64,000 nt of DNA, taken from positions 74,551-138,550 of the IMG/VR virus record IMGVR_UViG_3300048014_000353; one strand, 5' to 3'. Below, in pieces: positions 47,457 to 55,891 of this stretch (positions within the stretch are counted from its first letter, which is position 1; the number at the start of each line of letters is the position of its first letter). This DNA comes from a virus. The notes beneath the pieces are model-generated. The model was not told the DNA's origin. It searched no databases and worked only from the letters and a program-made list of their open reading frames with translations. The translations under genes were made by a program, and so were the position numbers.

Positions 47457-48085
47457 CCGACCCGCTCCTCGTGTGCCTCGTGGGCCCGAGTGGGGTAGGG
47501 AAGAGCACGCTCGCGCAGCGCCTTCTCGCGGAGCGACCGGACTTCACCCGAAAGATCTCCCACACGTCCCGCAAGCCGCGCGGCTCCGAAGTGCGCGACG
47601 TGGACTACCACTTCGTGACGCGCGAGGCGTTCCTGGCGGACGTGCACGCGGGTCACTTTCTCGAGCACTCGAACGTCTACGACAACCTGTACGGAACGAG
47701 CCGCTCGGAAGTCGCGCGCGCCGTCGGCACGGGGAAGCGCGGCCTCGTGCTCGAGCTCGACGCCTATGGCGCGTCGCAGATGCGAGCGAGCGCGCCCGCG
47801 AGCACGGTCGTGGTCTTCATCCTCCCTCCATCGCTGGAGACGCTCGGGCTTCGCCTCCGGCAGCGAGCCACCGAGGACACGGCGACGATCGAGCGGCGCA
47901 CCGCGGACGCCCGCGCCGAGATCGTCTTGGTCGATTCCGTCGCGGACTACGTGATCGTCAACGACGACGCCGCGAGAGCCGGCAAGACGCTCTCGGCCCT
48001 CGTGGAGGCCGAGCTCCTCAAACGCACGAGCCCTGCCTGGGGCGACATGGCCGCACGTCTTCTGAGGAACGGAGCCATCGCTTGA
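47453..48085 (+). CDS. gmk: Guanylate kinase
   Basis: GPSGVGKST; SHTSRKPRGSEV..VDYHFV; FLEH..VY.N.YGT; VFILPPS. Confidence 0.9.
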   Translation: MTDPLLVCLVGPSGVGKSTLAQRLLAERPDFTRKISHTSRKPRGSEVRDVDYHFVTREAFLADVHAGHFLEHSNVYDNLYGTSRSEVARAVGTGKRGLVLELDAYGASQMRASAPASTVVVFILPPSLETLGLRLRQRATEDTATIERRTADARAEIVLVDSVADYVIVNDDAARAGKTLSALVEAELLKRTSPAWGDMAARLLRNGAIA

Positions 48086-48447
48086 AGCTCGCCATTCTCG
48101 AAAGCCCCTTCGCAGGCAACACCCGTCGGAACAAGGCCTACGCGCGCGCGTGCCTCACTGACAGTCTCCGTCGCGGCGAGGCCCCACTGGCATCCAACAT
48201 CTTGTACACGCAGACCGGCGTGCTGAACGACACCGATCCGGGCGAGCGACGGCTCGGCATGGAAGCCGGCTTCGCGTGGGGGAAGGTCGCCGACCTCGTC
48301 GTCTTCTACGTCGACTTCGGCTGGAGCGCCGGGATGAACGAGGGACTCCGGCGCGCGCGCGAGCGCAACGCACACGTGCGGACCCGGACGCTCGGCGGCC
48401 CGTGGAGCGCGCTCGCCCCTTCGGACGCCCACTTCTCGGCAGGCTGA
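48082..48447 (+). CDS. DUF7768-like phage protein (deoxyribosyltransferase-like fold)
   Basis: ILESPFAG..RRN.AYARAC..DSL.RGEAP.AS..LY.Q..VL.D....ER..G...G..W...AD.V.FY.D.G.S.GM. Confidence 0.7.
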   Translation: MKLAILESPFAGNTRRNKAYARACLTDSLRRGEAPLASNILYTQTGVLNDTDPGERRLGMEAGFAWGKVADLVVFYVDFGWSAGMNEGLRRARERNAHVRTRTLGGPWSALAPSDAHFSAG

Positions 48448-48477
48448 TCCACCCAAAAGCTGAAGGAGGCACACGGC

Positions 48478-48975
48478 ATGGCGCGCGAGCTTCTCGTCAA
48501 GGATGCGGTGGTGGTCGAGCCCGTCACGCGCGTACGCCGTCGTCGCGTCATGCCGAAGGTGCCGAAGTTCTACGGCGAGAAGCCTCTCTACTGGTGGAGC
48601 TTCGATGCCCCCGAAGGGGAGTGGCACTACGGCTTTGCCCACGGCGAGACGATTCAGCAGGTGATGGGGATCACGTCCCCGATCTGGGCGGTGACGACGC
48701 ATGACCTGCGGTGGGTCCTGTTCGACGAGGTCCTCCTCGAGCCCGACCGGCGCAGGCACCTGCAAAACCTCTTTTGGCACGAGACCAACCACGTGCTGCC
48801 GTTCGGGATGCTCCATCAGCACGCGATCGCGCGCCTGTTGGGCGGCCGTCGAAACGAAGAGGGCTGGTGCGACCACCTCGCGATGGCGTCGATGCCTCTG
48901 TTCGACGCGAAGGTCATTCGTCTCCCGCCGTTGCCACGTCCGAAACGGATCGCCGACTGGAGGGCCGCCGTATGA
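48478..48975 (+). CDS. Hypothetical protein with HExxH motif
   Basis: FWHETNH...EE.WCD. Confidence 0.5.
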   Translation: MARELLVKDAVVVEPVTRVRRRRVMPKVPKFYGEKPLYWWSFDAPEGEWHYGFAHGETIQQVMGITSPIWAVTTHDLRWVLFDEVLLEPDRRRHLQNLFWHETNHVLPFGMLHQHAIARLLGGRRNEEGWCDHLAMASMPLFDAKVIRLPPLPRPKRIADWRAAV

Positions 48976-50420
48976 ACCCGCACTGGACCGAAGCTGAGCT
49001 CCGCCGCCTCAAGGAATCGCTCCGCGGCTGCCGCACGAAGGACGAAGCGACCATCGCAGCGCAGCGCATCCGGCGCGGCATCACCGCGACCGCGCTCGAC
49101 ATGGTGTGCACGAAGAAGTTCGGCCGCACCCTCACGCGAATTCTCTACGATAACATCAACGGACGGTCGGAGGCACCGGCCGCGCCGGAGCTCGGCCCCA
49201 CGACCCACGACACCGAGCGCGAGATGCGCGCGGTGCGCGTGCCCGCGGTCGAGGTGAGGCGCGCGGAGCCCGCGCCGTTGCCGAAGGTCATCGTGCAGCC
49301 GGAGGACTTCGAGATCCCGGTCGAGGCCGAGGGGTTCGAGGACCTCGCGGCGAACGCACCCGCCGACGCGACCCGGGCGCTCAACGCGCTTTCGGAGGAT
49401 GTGCCGACCGATGCGCGCCAGAGCGAGGCGCCGCTCACGGACCTCGAGCGGCATCGCCTCGTGCGATCGGTCTCGGAGCTCACCGCCGCCCGCAAGCGGC
49501 TCGTGGCCGAGCTGGCCGATAAGGAGGAGCAGATCTCCATCCTCTCGGGCCTGAAGGCCGCGCCGCCGGCGAAGATCGTCGCGCCCCAAGGGCGAGGGGA
49601 GGGGCGCCAGCGCCTCGCGGTGCCGGTGATGCTTCTCTCTGACTGGCACGTCGAGGAGCCGGTCGACCCCGAGAGCGTCTCCGGTCTCAATACCTACAAT
49701 CTCGACATCGCCGACGCGTGCATCACCAAGTGCGCCGAAGCGTTCGAGTGGCTCGTGCGTGACCCGCGCTTCGACATGCGCACGGCCATTGTCGCGATCA
49801 TCGGCGATCTTTACTCAGGCTACATCCACACGGAGCTGGTCGAGAGCAACTTCCTGTCGCCGGTGCAGGCGGTCGTGTGGCTGCAGGAGCGGATCGAGCG
49901 AATGCTCCGTCGCATCCTGGCGACGACCGACTTCGAGCGCATCATCGTTCCCTGCAACGACGGGAATCACGGGCGCCTCACGGACAAGATCCGCGTCTCG
50001 ACCCGCACCGCCAACAGCCTCGAGTGGTTGCTCTACAAGACGCTCGCCGCGCGCTTTCAGGACGAGCCGCGGATCGAGTTCCACATCGCCGATGGCGAGT
50101 ACAACTACATCGACGTCTTCGACCAGACGTACTGCTTCTTTCACGGCGACTCGGTGCGGTACATGGGCGGCGTCGGCGGCCTCCTCATCCCGATGAAGCG
50201 CGGGCTCAACGAGCTGCGCAAGTACCGGAAGGTGGATCACTTCGCCTTCGGGCACTTCCACCAGCGCATCGACATTCCGGAAATGTCCGGAAACGGCTCG
50301 ATGATCGGGATCAACGCCTACGCGATGCGGCTCAAGGTCACTCCCGAGCCGCGCCAGCAGTCGTTCTTCCTCATCGATGACCAGCGCGGGAAATGCCAGA
50401 GCACGCCGATCTGGCTGTGA
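48972..50420 (+). CDS. Calcineurin-like metallophosphoesterase with N-terminal extension
   Basis: SDWH, GD, GNHG, FHGD, GHFH motifs in order. Confidence 0.85.
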   Translation: MNPHWTEAELRRLKESLRGCRTKDEATIAAQRIRRGITATALDMVCTKKFGRTLTRILYDNINGRSEAPAAPELGPTTHDTEREMRAVRVPAVEVRRAEPAPLPKVIVQPEDFEIPVEAEGFEDLAANAPADATRALNALSEDVPTDARQSEAPLTDLERHRLVRSVSELTAARKRLVAELADKEEQISILSGLKAAPPAKIVAPQGRGEGRQRLAVPVMLLSDWHVEEPVDPESVSGLNTYNLDIADACITKCAEAFEWLVRDPRFDMRTAIVAIIGDLYSGYIHTELVESNFLSPVQAVVWLQERIERMLRRILATTDFERIIVPCNDGNHGRLTDKIRVSTRTANSLEWLLYKTLAARFQDEPRIEFHIADGEYNYIDVFDQTYCFFHGDSVRYMGGVGGLLIPMKRGLNELRKYRKVDHFAFGHFHQRIDIPEMSGNGSMIGINAYAMRLKVTPEPRQQSFFLIDDQRGKCQSTPIWL

Positions 50421-50446
50421 CGTTCGACTCAGGAGGAGGCACGACC

Positions 50447-50947
50447 ATGGAGAAGAAACTCGGCGCACTCCAAGGGATGCTCGACCGCGCGCGGCTCGCG
50501 CTTGCCCACCGCGCCGGCGTCCCTGCCGAACGCCTCCGTCACACCATCCGCGAGCTCCAGACGCTCGCGGACTTTATCAAGGACCATCCGGAAGACAGGA
50601 CGGTGGAGCGCATCTACGTCCTCGCCGAGCGCGTCGGGGACCTGCATGCGCGCGTGCGGGAGTGGGCGACGGAGAACCGGGTCTACTACCCGTCCATCGA
50701 CAGCTCTCCGACGGTGCCCACGCTCTCGAGCGCGGAGATCCAGAGGGCGATCGCCGCCATGCCCAAGGGCGCGTCCGAGCCCCCGCCGGCCGTGAGCGCG
50801 CAGATCATCGAGGCCATCCGCGGCCCCGAGGACTCGTGCCATGACCACGACGGCTTCGCCGACGGCACCGACGCGCGCGACTCGGCCCCCCCGAGCGCGC
50901 CGACCTTGCCGCGCCTCGACGACCCCGAGGAAGACGAGCCGGCGTGA
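50447..50947 (+). CDS. Hypothetical protein
   Basis: AGGAGG RBS. Confidence 0.55.
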   Translation: MEKKLGALQGMLDRARLALAHRAGVPAERLRHTIRELQTLADFIKDHPEDRTVERIYVLAERVGDLHARVREWATENRVYYPSIDSSPTVPTLSSAEIQRAIAAMPKGASEPPPAVSAQIIEAIRGPEDSCHDHDGFADGTDARDSAPPSAPTLPRLDDPEEDEPA

Positions 50948-51002
50948 AACGCTTGCGGCGCGTCCGACTCGCATGCGAGGCAATCAACACGCGGGAGTAG
51001 CC

Positions 51003-51584
51003 ATGGCCACGAAGAAGAAGCGCACGATCCTTCCCGCCGAGAACGCAGCCCTGCGCGCTGAAAACGCGCGCCTGAGGGACGAGAACCTGGGCCTGAGGTT
51101 CGCGCTCGAGCTTACGCAGAAGATGGCGTCGGCCGCGGCAGCTGCATCGCTTCCGTCGATCGGAATGTCGGCGCCCGTGCCCCCGATGCCGCCCGTGCCC
51201 ATCTGCACCCACGACTTCCCGTCGCACATGGTCGGCCCGAGCCCGTGCCGAAAGTGCGTGATGTGGCCCTACCCGCTGGAAGTCACGTGCTACCCGGAGC
51301 CCTATTCGATCTCGGGTGACGGCGTCGCTGCGTTCGTTCTGCGCGACGCCGTCATGGGCACGCTCACCACGAACCCCGACGGCACGACCACGTTCGAAGA
51401 CAACAGGGGCAACGTCACGCACGGCGTGTCGCCGCTTCTGAAGGGGGGCGCGGCGCTTTCGGACCACGGCCTCGTCGTCGGCGGCCCGCAGCGCCCGAAC
51501 GTGCACGTCGGCGGCAACGAGTCTCTGATCGGCGTGCTCGCGGCGCAGTCGAGCAGCTTTGTCGGGGTTGGGAGTTCGCACTGA
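51003..51584 (+). CDS. Hypothetical protein (coiled coil + Cys cluster)
   Basis: GGAG RBS; TGATG-coupled to endolysin. Confidence 0.5.
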   Translation: MATKKKRTILPAENAALRAENARLRDENLGLRFALELTQKMASAAAAASLPSIGMSAPVPPMPPVPICTHDFPSHMVGPSPCRKCVMWPYPLEVTCYPEPYSISGDGVAAFVLRDAVMGTLTTNPDGTTTFEDNRGNVTHGVSPLLKGGAALSDHGLVVGGPQRPNVHVGGNESLIGVLAAQSSSFVGVGSSH

Positions 51585-52309
51585 TGCCCGTCCTCGGCAT
51601 CGACGTCGGCGTCGACCAGGGCACCCTCGGCCTCGGCGCGTGGCAGAAGATCCGGTCGGAGAACATCGTCTTCGCGTTCCTCCGGTGCATGGAGGGGCTC
51701 GACCCGGTCGATTCGACCTACGCCGGGAACGTGACCAGCGCGCTGTCCGCCGGCATCGTCGTGGGGGCGTACTTCGTCCTTCACCCGTGGCTCGACGTCG
51801 CCAGCCAGGTGCGCGCGTGGTTCGCGGCGGCAAAGGGCATCGGCGCCTCGTACCGAGACCTCGCGCCCGTCATCGACATCGAGCTCGATCACGACGGCGC
51901 GCGCGCGATGACCCCCGCGCAGATCCTGGCGGCGCTCATCCTCTGCGCGAAGACGATGGACGCGGCCTGGGGACGACCGCCAACGATCTACACGTACCCG
52001 GATTTCGAGAAGCGAGACATCCTCGGAGGGGGGGACGCGACGCCGCTCGCGGCGTACCCGCTCTGGCTCGCCGCCTACCAGGCAAGCCCTCCGGCGAAGG
52101 CCCCTCTGCCGTGGGCGACGATTACGTTCTGGCAGGAGTCGGGGGGGAACAAGTACCGGACCCCGATCGGCACCCCGTGCGACCAGGACGTGTTCCTGGG
52201 GGACGAGGCGGCCTTCGCGGCGTTCCTCGCGCCGCCGCGCCCCATTCCCAACCCGCTCGCGGGGATCCCGGTGCCCGGCATCGACCCCGACGCGGAACGC
52301 GACGCGTGA
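51584..52309 (+). CDS. GH25 muramidase (endolysin)
   Basis: GIDV...QG...W, FAF.R..EG, GAYF, P..DIE, P.IYT, LWLA.Y, WQ....G...D.D.F. Confidence 0.85.
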   Translation: MPVLGIDVGVDQGTLGLGAWQKIRSENIVFAFLRCMEGLDPVDSTYAGNVTSALSAGIVVGAYFVLHPWLDVASQVRAWFAAAKGIGASYRDLAPVIDIELDHDGARAMTPAQILAALILCAKTMDAAWGRPPTIYTYPDFEKRDILGGGDATPLAAYPLWLAAYQASPPAKAPLPWATITFWQESGGNKYRTPIGTPCDQDVFLGDEAAFAAFLAPPRPIPNPLAGIPVPGIDPDAERDA

Positions 52310-52338
52310 ACGAAGCCGGACCTACCCGAAGGAGACCC

Positions 52339-52557
52339 ATGCCCCACAAGATCAACCTGAAGAACGTATTCCGGCACCACCCGCCGACCCTCGAGCAGAT
52401 TCCCAAGTACGAGGCCGTGCGCGCGGGCGCGCTCGCGTTCGCGGAGGTCATCGAGGCGACCACCCCGGACGGTCCGGACAAGAGCGCTGCGATTCGCCTC
52501 GTGCGCGAGGCCATGATGACGGCCAACGCCGGCATCGCGCTCGACGGGCAGCTCTGA
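52339..52557 (+). CDS. Acb2/Tad1-like helical-hairpin protein (candidate signalling-nucleotide sponge)
   Basis: AAGGAG RBS; F.HH.P..EQ..KYE..R......A..I....P...DKS.AI....EA.M.ANA.IA pattern. Confidence 0.6.
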   Translation: MPHKINLKNVFRHHPPTLEQIPKYEAVRAGALAFAEVIEATTPDGPDKSAAIRLVREAMMTANAGIALDGQL

Positions 52558-52572
52558 GGGCGCAACAGGGTC

Positions 52573-52815
52573 ATGCCGAAAGACCTGGTTGCGCGACTCT
52601 TCGCGGAAGTGCGGCCGAATCTACCGAAGGGGTTCGTCCCCTCCGTCGCGGTCGTGTGCCCCTTCTGCGAGGGACTCGGCCGGGAGTGCATCTACATCTT
52701 CGGCGAGATGCGCGGGGACATCGTCCTCTGCCATAGCGAGCCGACGTGCTGCGAGTTCCGCGACCGCGAACCGGACGACTTTATGGAGGCGGCGCGCTTT
52801 CGGATGACGTCGTAA
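52573..52815 (+). CDS. Small Cys-rich protein
   Basis: CPFC, C...P.C..F motifs. Confidence 0.5.
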   Translation: MPKDLVARLFAEVRPNLPKGFVPSVAVVCPFCEGLGRECIYIFGEMRGDIVLCHSEPTCCEFRDREPDDFMEAARFRMTS

Positions 52816-52934
52816 GGACGCGGTTGCGCGCGCGAACGACTATGCCGTCGTCCGGCGCGCTGTACCGAGAACGAGCGTCATCAGCGCGGATGTCCTCGCC
52901 GGTCTTTGACCGCGCGGCTTCTTAGACTTCGGCC

Positions 52935-52977
52935 AAGGCCACCGGTCCCGCGAGGGATCGGTGGCCTTTCGTCGTTT
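52935..52977 (+). terminator. Hairpin with TTTCGTCGTTT tail (copy 1)
   Basis: 15-bp stem 52935-52949/52954-52968, GCGA tetraloop. Confidence 0.7.
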
Positions 52978-53229
52978 GTGGACGTGAAGGAGACAGTCTT
53001 CTTGCTAGCGCGACTCGTAAGCAAGTCGTACGGTGGCATCGTGATGACTCGCTCAGCCGCCGCCACGTCGATTGAATCGCTGCTGCATTCCGCAGCGGCG
53101 ATGGCGTGCGTCCGCCTTTCGAGCGATCGCCAGACGCCCAAGGCGTATCCCACCTTCGGAAGCTGGTCGATCAATCCGGAGGTGGGGCAAACGTAGGGCG
53201 GCATTCGGAGTAGAGCGATAGCTCGAAAC
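52978..53229 (+). ncRNA. Candidate structured ncRNA preceding the tRNA array
   Basis: No convincing ORF; stems 53077-53086/53092-53101 and 53149-53160/53175-53186 with G-U pairs; bounded by two related hairpins. Confidence 0.45.
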
Positions 53230-53268
53230 AAGGCCGCCCGGAGAGATCCGAGGCGGCTTTCGTCGTTT
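53230..53268 (+). terminator. Hairpin with TTTCGTCGTTT tail (copy 2)
   Basis: Stem 53230-53241/53248-53260. Confidence 0.6.
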
Positions 53269-53270
53269 CT

Positions 53271-53354
53271 GGGGTGCGATGGCGGGTGGCTCCCGCAGGC
53301 CGGCTGTAACCCGGTCGCCAAGGCTAGTGGTTCGAATCCACCGACACCCCACCA
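53271..53354 (+). tRNA. tRNA-Tyr(GTA)
   Basis: GCCGG-CTGTAAC-CCGGT anticodon arm, long variable arm, encoded CCA. Confidence 0.85.
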
Positions 53355-53397
53355 GCAAAGAGGACCAGGTGAAACAGGGACCAAAGCACGAAAGCGA

Positions 53398-53469
53398 GGG
53401 ACGTTAGCACCAAGGTGGTGCGGCCGGCTTTTACCCGGCACGAGGCGTGTTCGATTCACGTGCGTCCCA
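53398..53469 (+). tRNA. tRNA-Lys(TTT)
   Basis: GCCGG-CTTTTAC-CCGGC; acceptor GGGACGT/GCGTCCC. Confidence 0.85.
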
Positions 53470-53479
53470 CGACTCCAAC

Positions 53480-53551
53480 GGGAGGTTGGCATCCAGGTGA
53501 CGCAGCGCTCTCTTACAGCGACAGAGCCGGGTTCGAGTCCCGGGCCTCCCA
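53480..53551 (+). tRNA. tRNA-Lys(CTT)
   Basis: CGCT-CTCTTAC-AGCG; canonical T arm. Confidence 0.8.
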
Positions 53552-53564
53552 CGAAGTGAAGTGC

Positions 53565-53635
53565 ACCGGTCTCGTCCAAAGGCAGGACAGCAGATTCTGG
53601 ATCTGAGAATTGGGGTTCGAGTCCCTAGACCGGTA
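53565..53635 (+). tRNA. tRNA-Gln(CTG)
   Basis: CAGA-TTCTGGA-TCTG; D stem GTCC/GGAC. Confidence 0.85.
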
Positions 53636-53782
53636 CTGCGGGCAACGACTCCACGTTGACAAGTTGACCCCCGTTCGTTGACAACCTGAACGACCCCCGA
53701 CGGCGCGCGCTCCCCCGAGTTCGCGCGGCAGTCCCGGTCGACGTTCATTCGGGCCGGTAGCCATCGTGGCGCGGCCCTTCAT

Positions 53783-53856
53783 TGCGACGAAGCTCAATGG
53801 CGAGCAGCAGACTGTTAGCCTGTCGGAACAGGGTTCGATTCCCTGCGTCGCAGCCA
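53783..53856 (+). tRNA. tRNA-Asn(GTT)
   Basis: Loop CTGTTAG; G73 + CCA. Confidence 0.85.
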
Positions 53857-53857
53857 T

Positions 53858-53929
53858 GCCGGTTGGGCCCGATGGTAGGGCACCCCTTTCGTAAAGGGGT
53901 CGCAACGTGTTCGATTCACGTAACCGGCT
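53858..53929 (+). tRNA. tRNA-Thr(CGT)
   Basis: CCCCT-TTCGTAA-AGGGG. Confidence 0.85.
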
Positions 53930-53985
53930 CTGGGAGTAGGCCGCTCGCGTGGGTGACTCCTCGCGTGCGCGCTGACGCCCGCCAT

Positions 53986-54058
53986 GCTCCCATCGACTTC
54001 TGGTGAGGTCGCGCGCCTCTCACGCGCGCCAGGCACGGTTCGAATCAGGCGGGGAGTG
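53986..54058 (+). tRNA. tRNA-Glu(CTC), T stem degenerate
   Basis: CGCGC-CTCTCAC-GCGCG; T stem poorly paired. Confidence 0.55.
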
Positions 54059-54064
54059 CAACGC

Positions 54065-54137
54065 GCCCGCATAGCGCATCTGGTGAGGCCACCCGCCCTT
54101 CAAGCGGGCCAGACGAGTTCGATCCTCGTTGCGGGTA
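54065..54137 (+). tRNA. tRNA-Glu(TTC), C33
   Basis: CCCGC-CCTTCAA-GCGGG. Confidence 0.8.
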
Positions 54138-54144
54138 CTATTTT

Positions 54145-54219
54145 GCCTGCTGAGCTAGTGCGGTCATTCAGCGCTCGTTTGAAGAACGAGAGAACCCCGT
54201 CCGACTCGGGGAGCAGGCA
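54145..54219 (+). tRNA. tRNA-Phe(GAA), C55
   Basis: CTCGT-TTGAAGA-ACGAG; T loop TCCGACT. Confidence 0.8.
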
Positions 54220-54223
54220 CTAT

Positions 54224-54295
54224 CGGAGTGGTGGGCGATGGACGCCCGCTTGGTTCGGGACCAAGACCCCGCAGGTTCGATTCCTGTCGCTCCGA
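54224..54295 (+). tRNA. tRNA-Pro(CGG)
   Basis: CTTGG-TTCGGGA-CCAAG; C1-G72, A73. Confidence 0.85.
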
Positions 54296-54300
54296 CTCAT

Positions 54301-54373
54301 GGTGCTCGAAGCCATCTGGTGATGGTGATCGGCTGTGAACCGATCCAGGCGGGTTCGATCCCCGTCGGGCACC
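54301..54373 (+). tRNA. tRNA-His(GTG)
   Basis: ATCGG-CTGTGAA-CCGAT; G-1:C73. Confidence 0.85.
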
Positions 54374-54396
54374 CTACTCCTTTCGAGGAGACGAAT

Positions 54397-54467
54397 GCTT
54401 CGTGACGCGACAGGGTCGCGGCTCGGTTGTCTCCCGAGTGAGACCGGTTCGAGTCCGGTACGAAGCG
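54397..54467 (+). tRNA. tRNA-Asp(GTC)
   Basis: CTCGG-TTGTCTC-CCGAG; G73. Confidence 0.8.
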
Positions 54468-54498
54468 CTGGCTGGCGAGCGGGTCTCGCAAGCTTCTT

Positions 54499-54566
54499 AG
54501 GTCTGAGCGTGGGACGCGACGTGGTCTCCAAAACCACGAAAGAAGGTTCGAGTCCTTCCAGATCTG
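54499..54566 (+). tRNA. tRNA-Trp(CCA), short D arm
   Basis: GTGGT-CTCCAAA-ACCAC; G73. Confidence 0.75.
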
Positions 54567-54631
54567 CCGGGCTCTCGCGGCGCTCCGTGGGACTCGTCTC
54601 TAGGTTGACACGCCTATGGGCCCATCACTTC

Positions 54632-54702
54632 GGGCTGTTCGTCCAGCGGGAGGACACCGCGTCGGCAATGCGGGAACGCCGGTTCGAATCCGGCACGGTC
54701 CA
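54632..54702 (+). tRNA. tRNA-Ala(GGC), C33
   Basis: CCGCG-TCGGCAA-TGCGG; G3-U70. Confidence 0.85.
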
Positions 54703-54711
54703 CGATTCTAC

Positions 54712-54780
54712 GGGCTTGTCTGAGAGGTCAGGTCTCTCGTTCGCATCGAGCGATACGGGGTGCGACTCCCCGCAGGTCCA
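54712..54780 (+). tRNA. tRNA-Ala(CGC), G55
   Basis: CTCG-TTCGCAT-CGAG; G3-U70; T loop TGCGACT. Confidence 0.75.
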
Positions 54781-54784
54781 CCTT

Positions 54785-54855
54785 GGGGGTGTAGCTCAGC
54801 GGGAGAGCACTCGGTTTGCACCCGAGGGACGAGAGTTCGATTCTCTCCACTTCCA
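54785..54855 (+). tRNA. tRNA-Ala(TGC)
   Basis: CTCGG-TTTGCAC-CCGAG; G3-U70. Confidence 0.9.
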
Positions 54856-54933
54856 CACGGTCATCGAGGAGACCGTTAGCCTACCACGCAAGTGGTCACC
54901 CGTAGCACGGGTTTGGTAAGGGGCCCTCGCCAT

Positions 54934-55004
54934 GCCGCGTCTCCTAGTGGGCGACATCCCTCGGTACGGGAAGTCGGACGGTGCGATTCCGTCACGCGGC
55001 TCCA
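54934..55004 (+). tRNA. tRNA-Thr(GGT), C33, G55
   Basis: TCCC-TCGGTAC-GGGA; encoded CCA. Confidence 0.75.
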
Positions 55005-55005
55005 C

Positions 55006-55073
55006 GCCGGCGGCTGTGGAGCAGAGAGGGATTTGTAGCTCATCTCGAACCGGTCCGACTCCGGTGGCCGGCT
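55006..55073 (+). tRNA. Degenerate tRNA-Thr(TGT)
   Basis: Acceptor and T arm (ACCGG-TCCGACT-CCGGT) present; anticodon stem mismatched, D arm reduced. Confidence 0.4.
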
Positions 55074-55082
55074 CTGATTCTT

Positions 55083-55151
55083 GCGGGTGAGCCCAAGGTG
55101 GGACGTTCGCCTTCCAAGCGAAACGACCGAGTTCGAATCTCGGCATCCGCT
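55083..55151 (+). tRNA. tRNA-Gly(TCC)
   Basis: TTCGC-CTTCCAA-GCGAA; U73. Confidence 0.85.
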
Positions 55152-55358
55152 CTACTCGATGGCGTGCCGCGCCGAGTGCGCCAGTTTCAGTCGTTCGAGT
55201 TGATCGTCGCCGACGGGGTTCCCGCTGGATAGGCCGTTCGACATGAGCGGCAGCGGCTCTTTGCAGACACCGCAAGCCGTTGGTGCGCGGCGGAGGATGC
55301 CGATCGTCTTGATCTCTTCACCGCGAGCGCAGCCATCGCACACGAGCGTCCATCTCAT
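55152..55358 (-). CDS. Small zinc-ribbon protein antisense within the tRNA array
   Basis: MRWTLVCDGC...TACGVC; two CxxC motifs. Confidence 0.55.
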   Translation of the reverse strand: MRWTLVCDGCARGEEIKTIGILRRAPTACGVCKEPLPLMSNGLSSGNPVGDDQLERLKLAHSARHAIE

Positions 55359-55375
55359 CGTCGAAACGGTACCAT

Positions 55376-55449
55376 GCGGGTGCAGCTCGAAGGTCGAGCA
55401 GATCGTCGCCAACGATCAGGCGCGGGTTCAATTCCAGCCATCCGCTCCA
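55376..55449 (+). tRNA. tRNA-Gly(GCC), C33
   Basis: GATCG-TCGCCAA-CGATC; U73 + CCA. Confidence 0.8.
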
Positions 55450-55450
55450 C

Positions 55451-55522
55451 GTCGTGGACTGCGAGCGCAGATCGCCGGCTGCAACCCGGCGCGCGAGGGC
55501 GCGACTCCCTCCCACGACTCCA
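55451..55522 (+). tRNA. tRNA-Cys(GCA), C54/G55
   Basis: GCCGG-CTGCAAC-CCGGC; U73 + CCA; T loop CGCGACT. Confidence 0.75.
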
Positions 55523-55523
55523 T

Positions 55524-55557
55524 ATCGAGATCCCGATGCCCTCATCGAGATCCCGAT
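55524..55557. repeat. Tandem 14-bp direct repeat ATCGAGATCCCGAT, each an ATCG-N6-CGAT palindrome
   Basis: Exact copies at 55524-55537 and 55544-55557. Confidence 0.8.
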
Positions 55558-55561
55558 AGAC

Positions 55562-55636
55562 GCGCTCGTCCTGGCGGATCCAGGCTCTCGCCTTCTAAGC
55601 GAGTTCGCGACGGTCCGACTCCGTCCGGGCGCTCCA
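55562..55636 (+). tRNA. tRNA-Arg(TCT), C55
   Basis: CTCGC-CTTCTAA-GCGAG; encoded CCA. Confidence 0.8.
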
Positions 55637-55801
55637 TCCGAGGACCTTCGCTGGCAGCGTGCGTGAGCCCAAAGGAGCGTGACACGGCCGCTCACACGTA
55701 CGCCGGGCTGTCCAAAGAGTCGGGACACGCGGTGCCTCCCCACGGGCACCGCCCCCGTGAGTAGGCGCGGCCGGGCGAAGGGCCGAACGCCGAAGTCAAT
55801 T

Positions 55802-55872
55802 CTCCTCGTCCGGGCGGACCCCGGGCGCTCCCTCCGAAGGAGCAATCCACCGTTCGACTCGGTGCGAGGAGA
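55802..55872 (+). tRNA. tRNA-Arg(CCG)
   Basis: GCTCC-CTCCGAA-GGAGC. Confidence 0.8.
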
Positions 55873-55891
55873 CCGCCGCGCGAGCGGCCAT

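Noticed and set aside
52978-53229. tmRNA, RNase P RNA or the 96-aa ORF 52906-53196
   Set aside because: No tRNA-Ala-like ends or recognisable conserved cores; the ORF has no RBS, spans a strong hairpin and lacks GC3 bias
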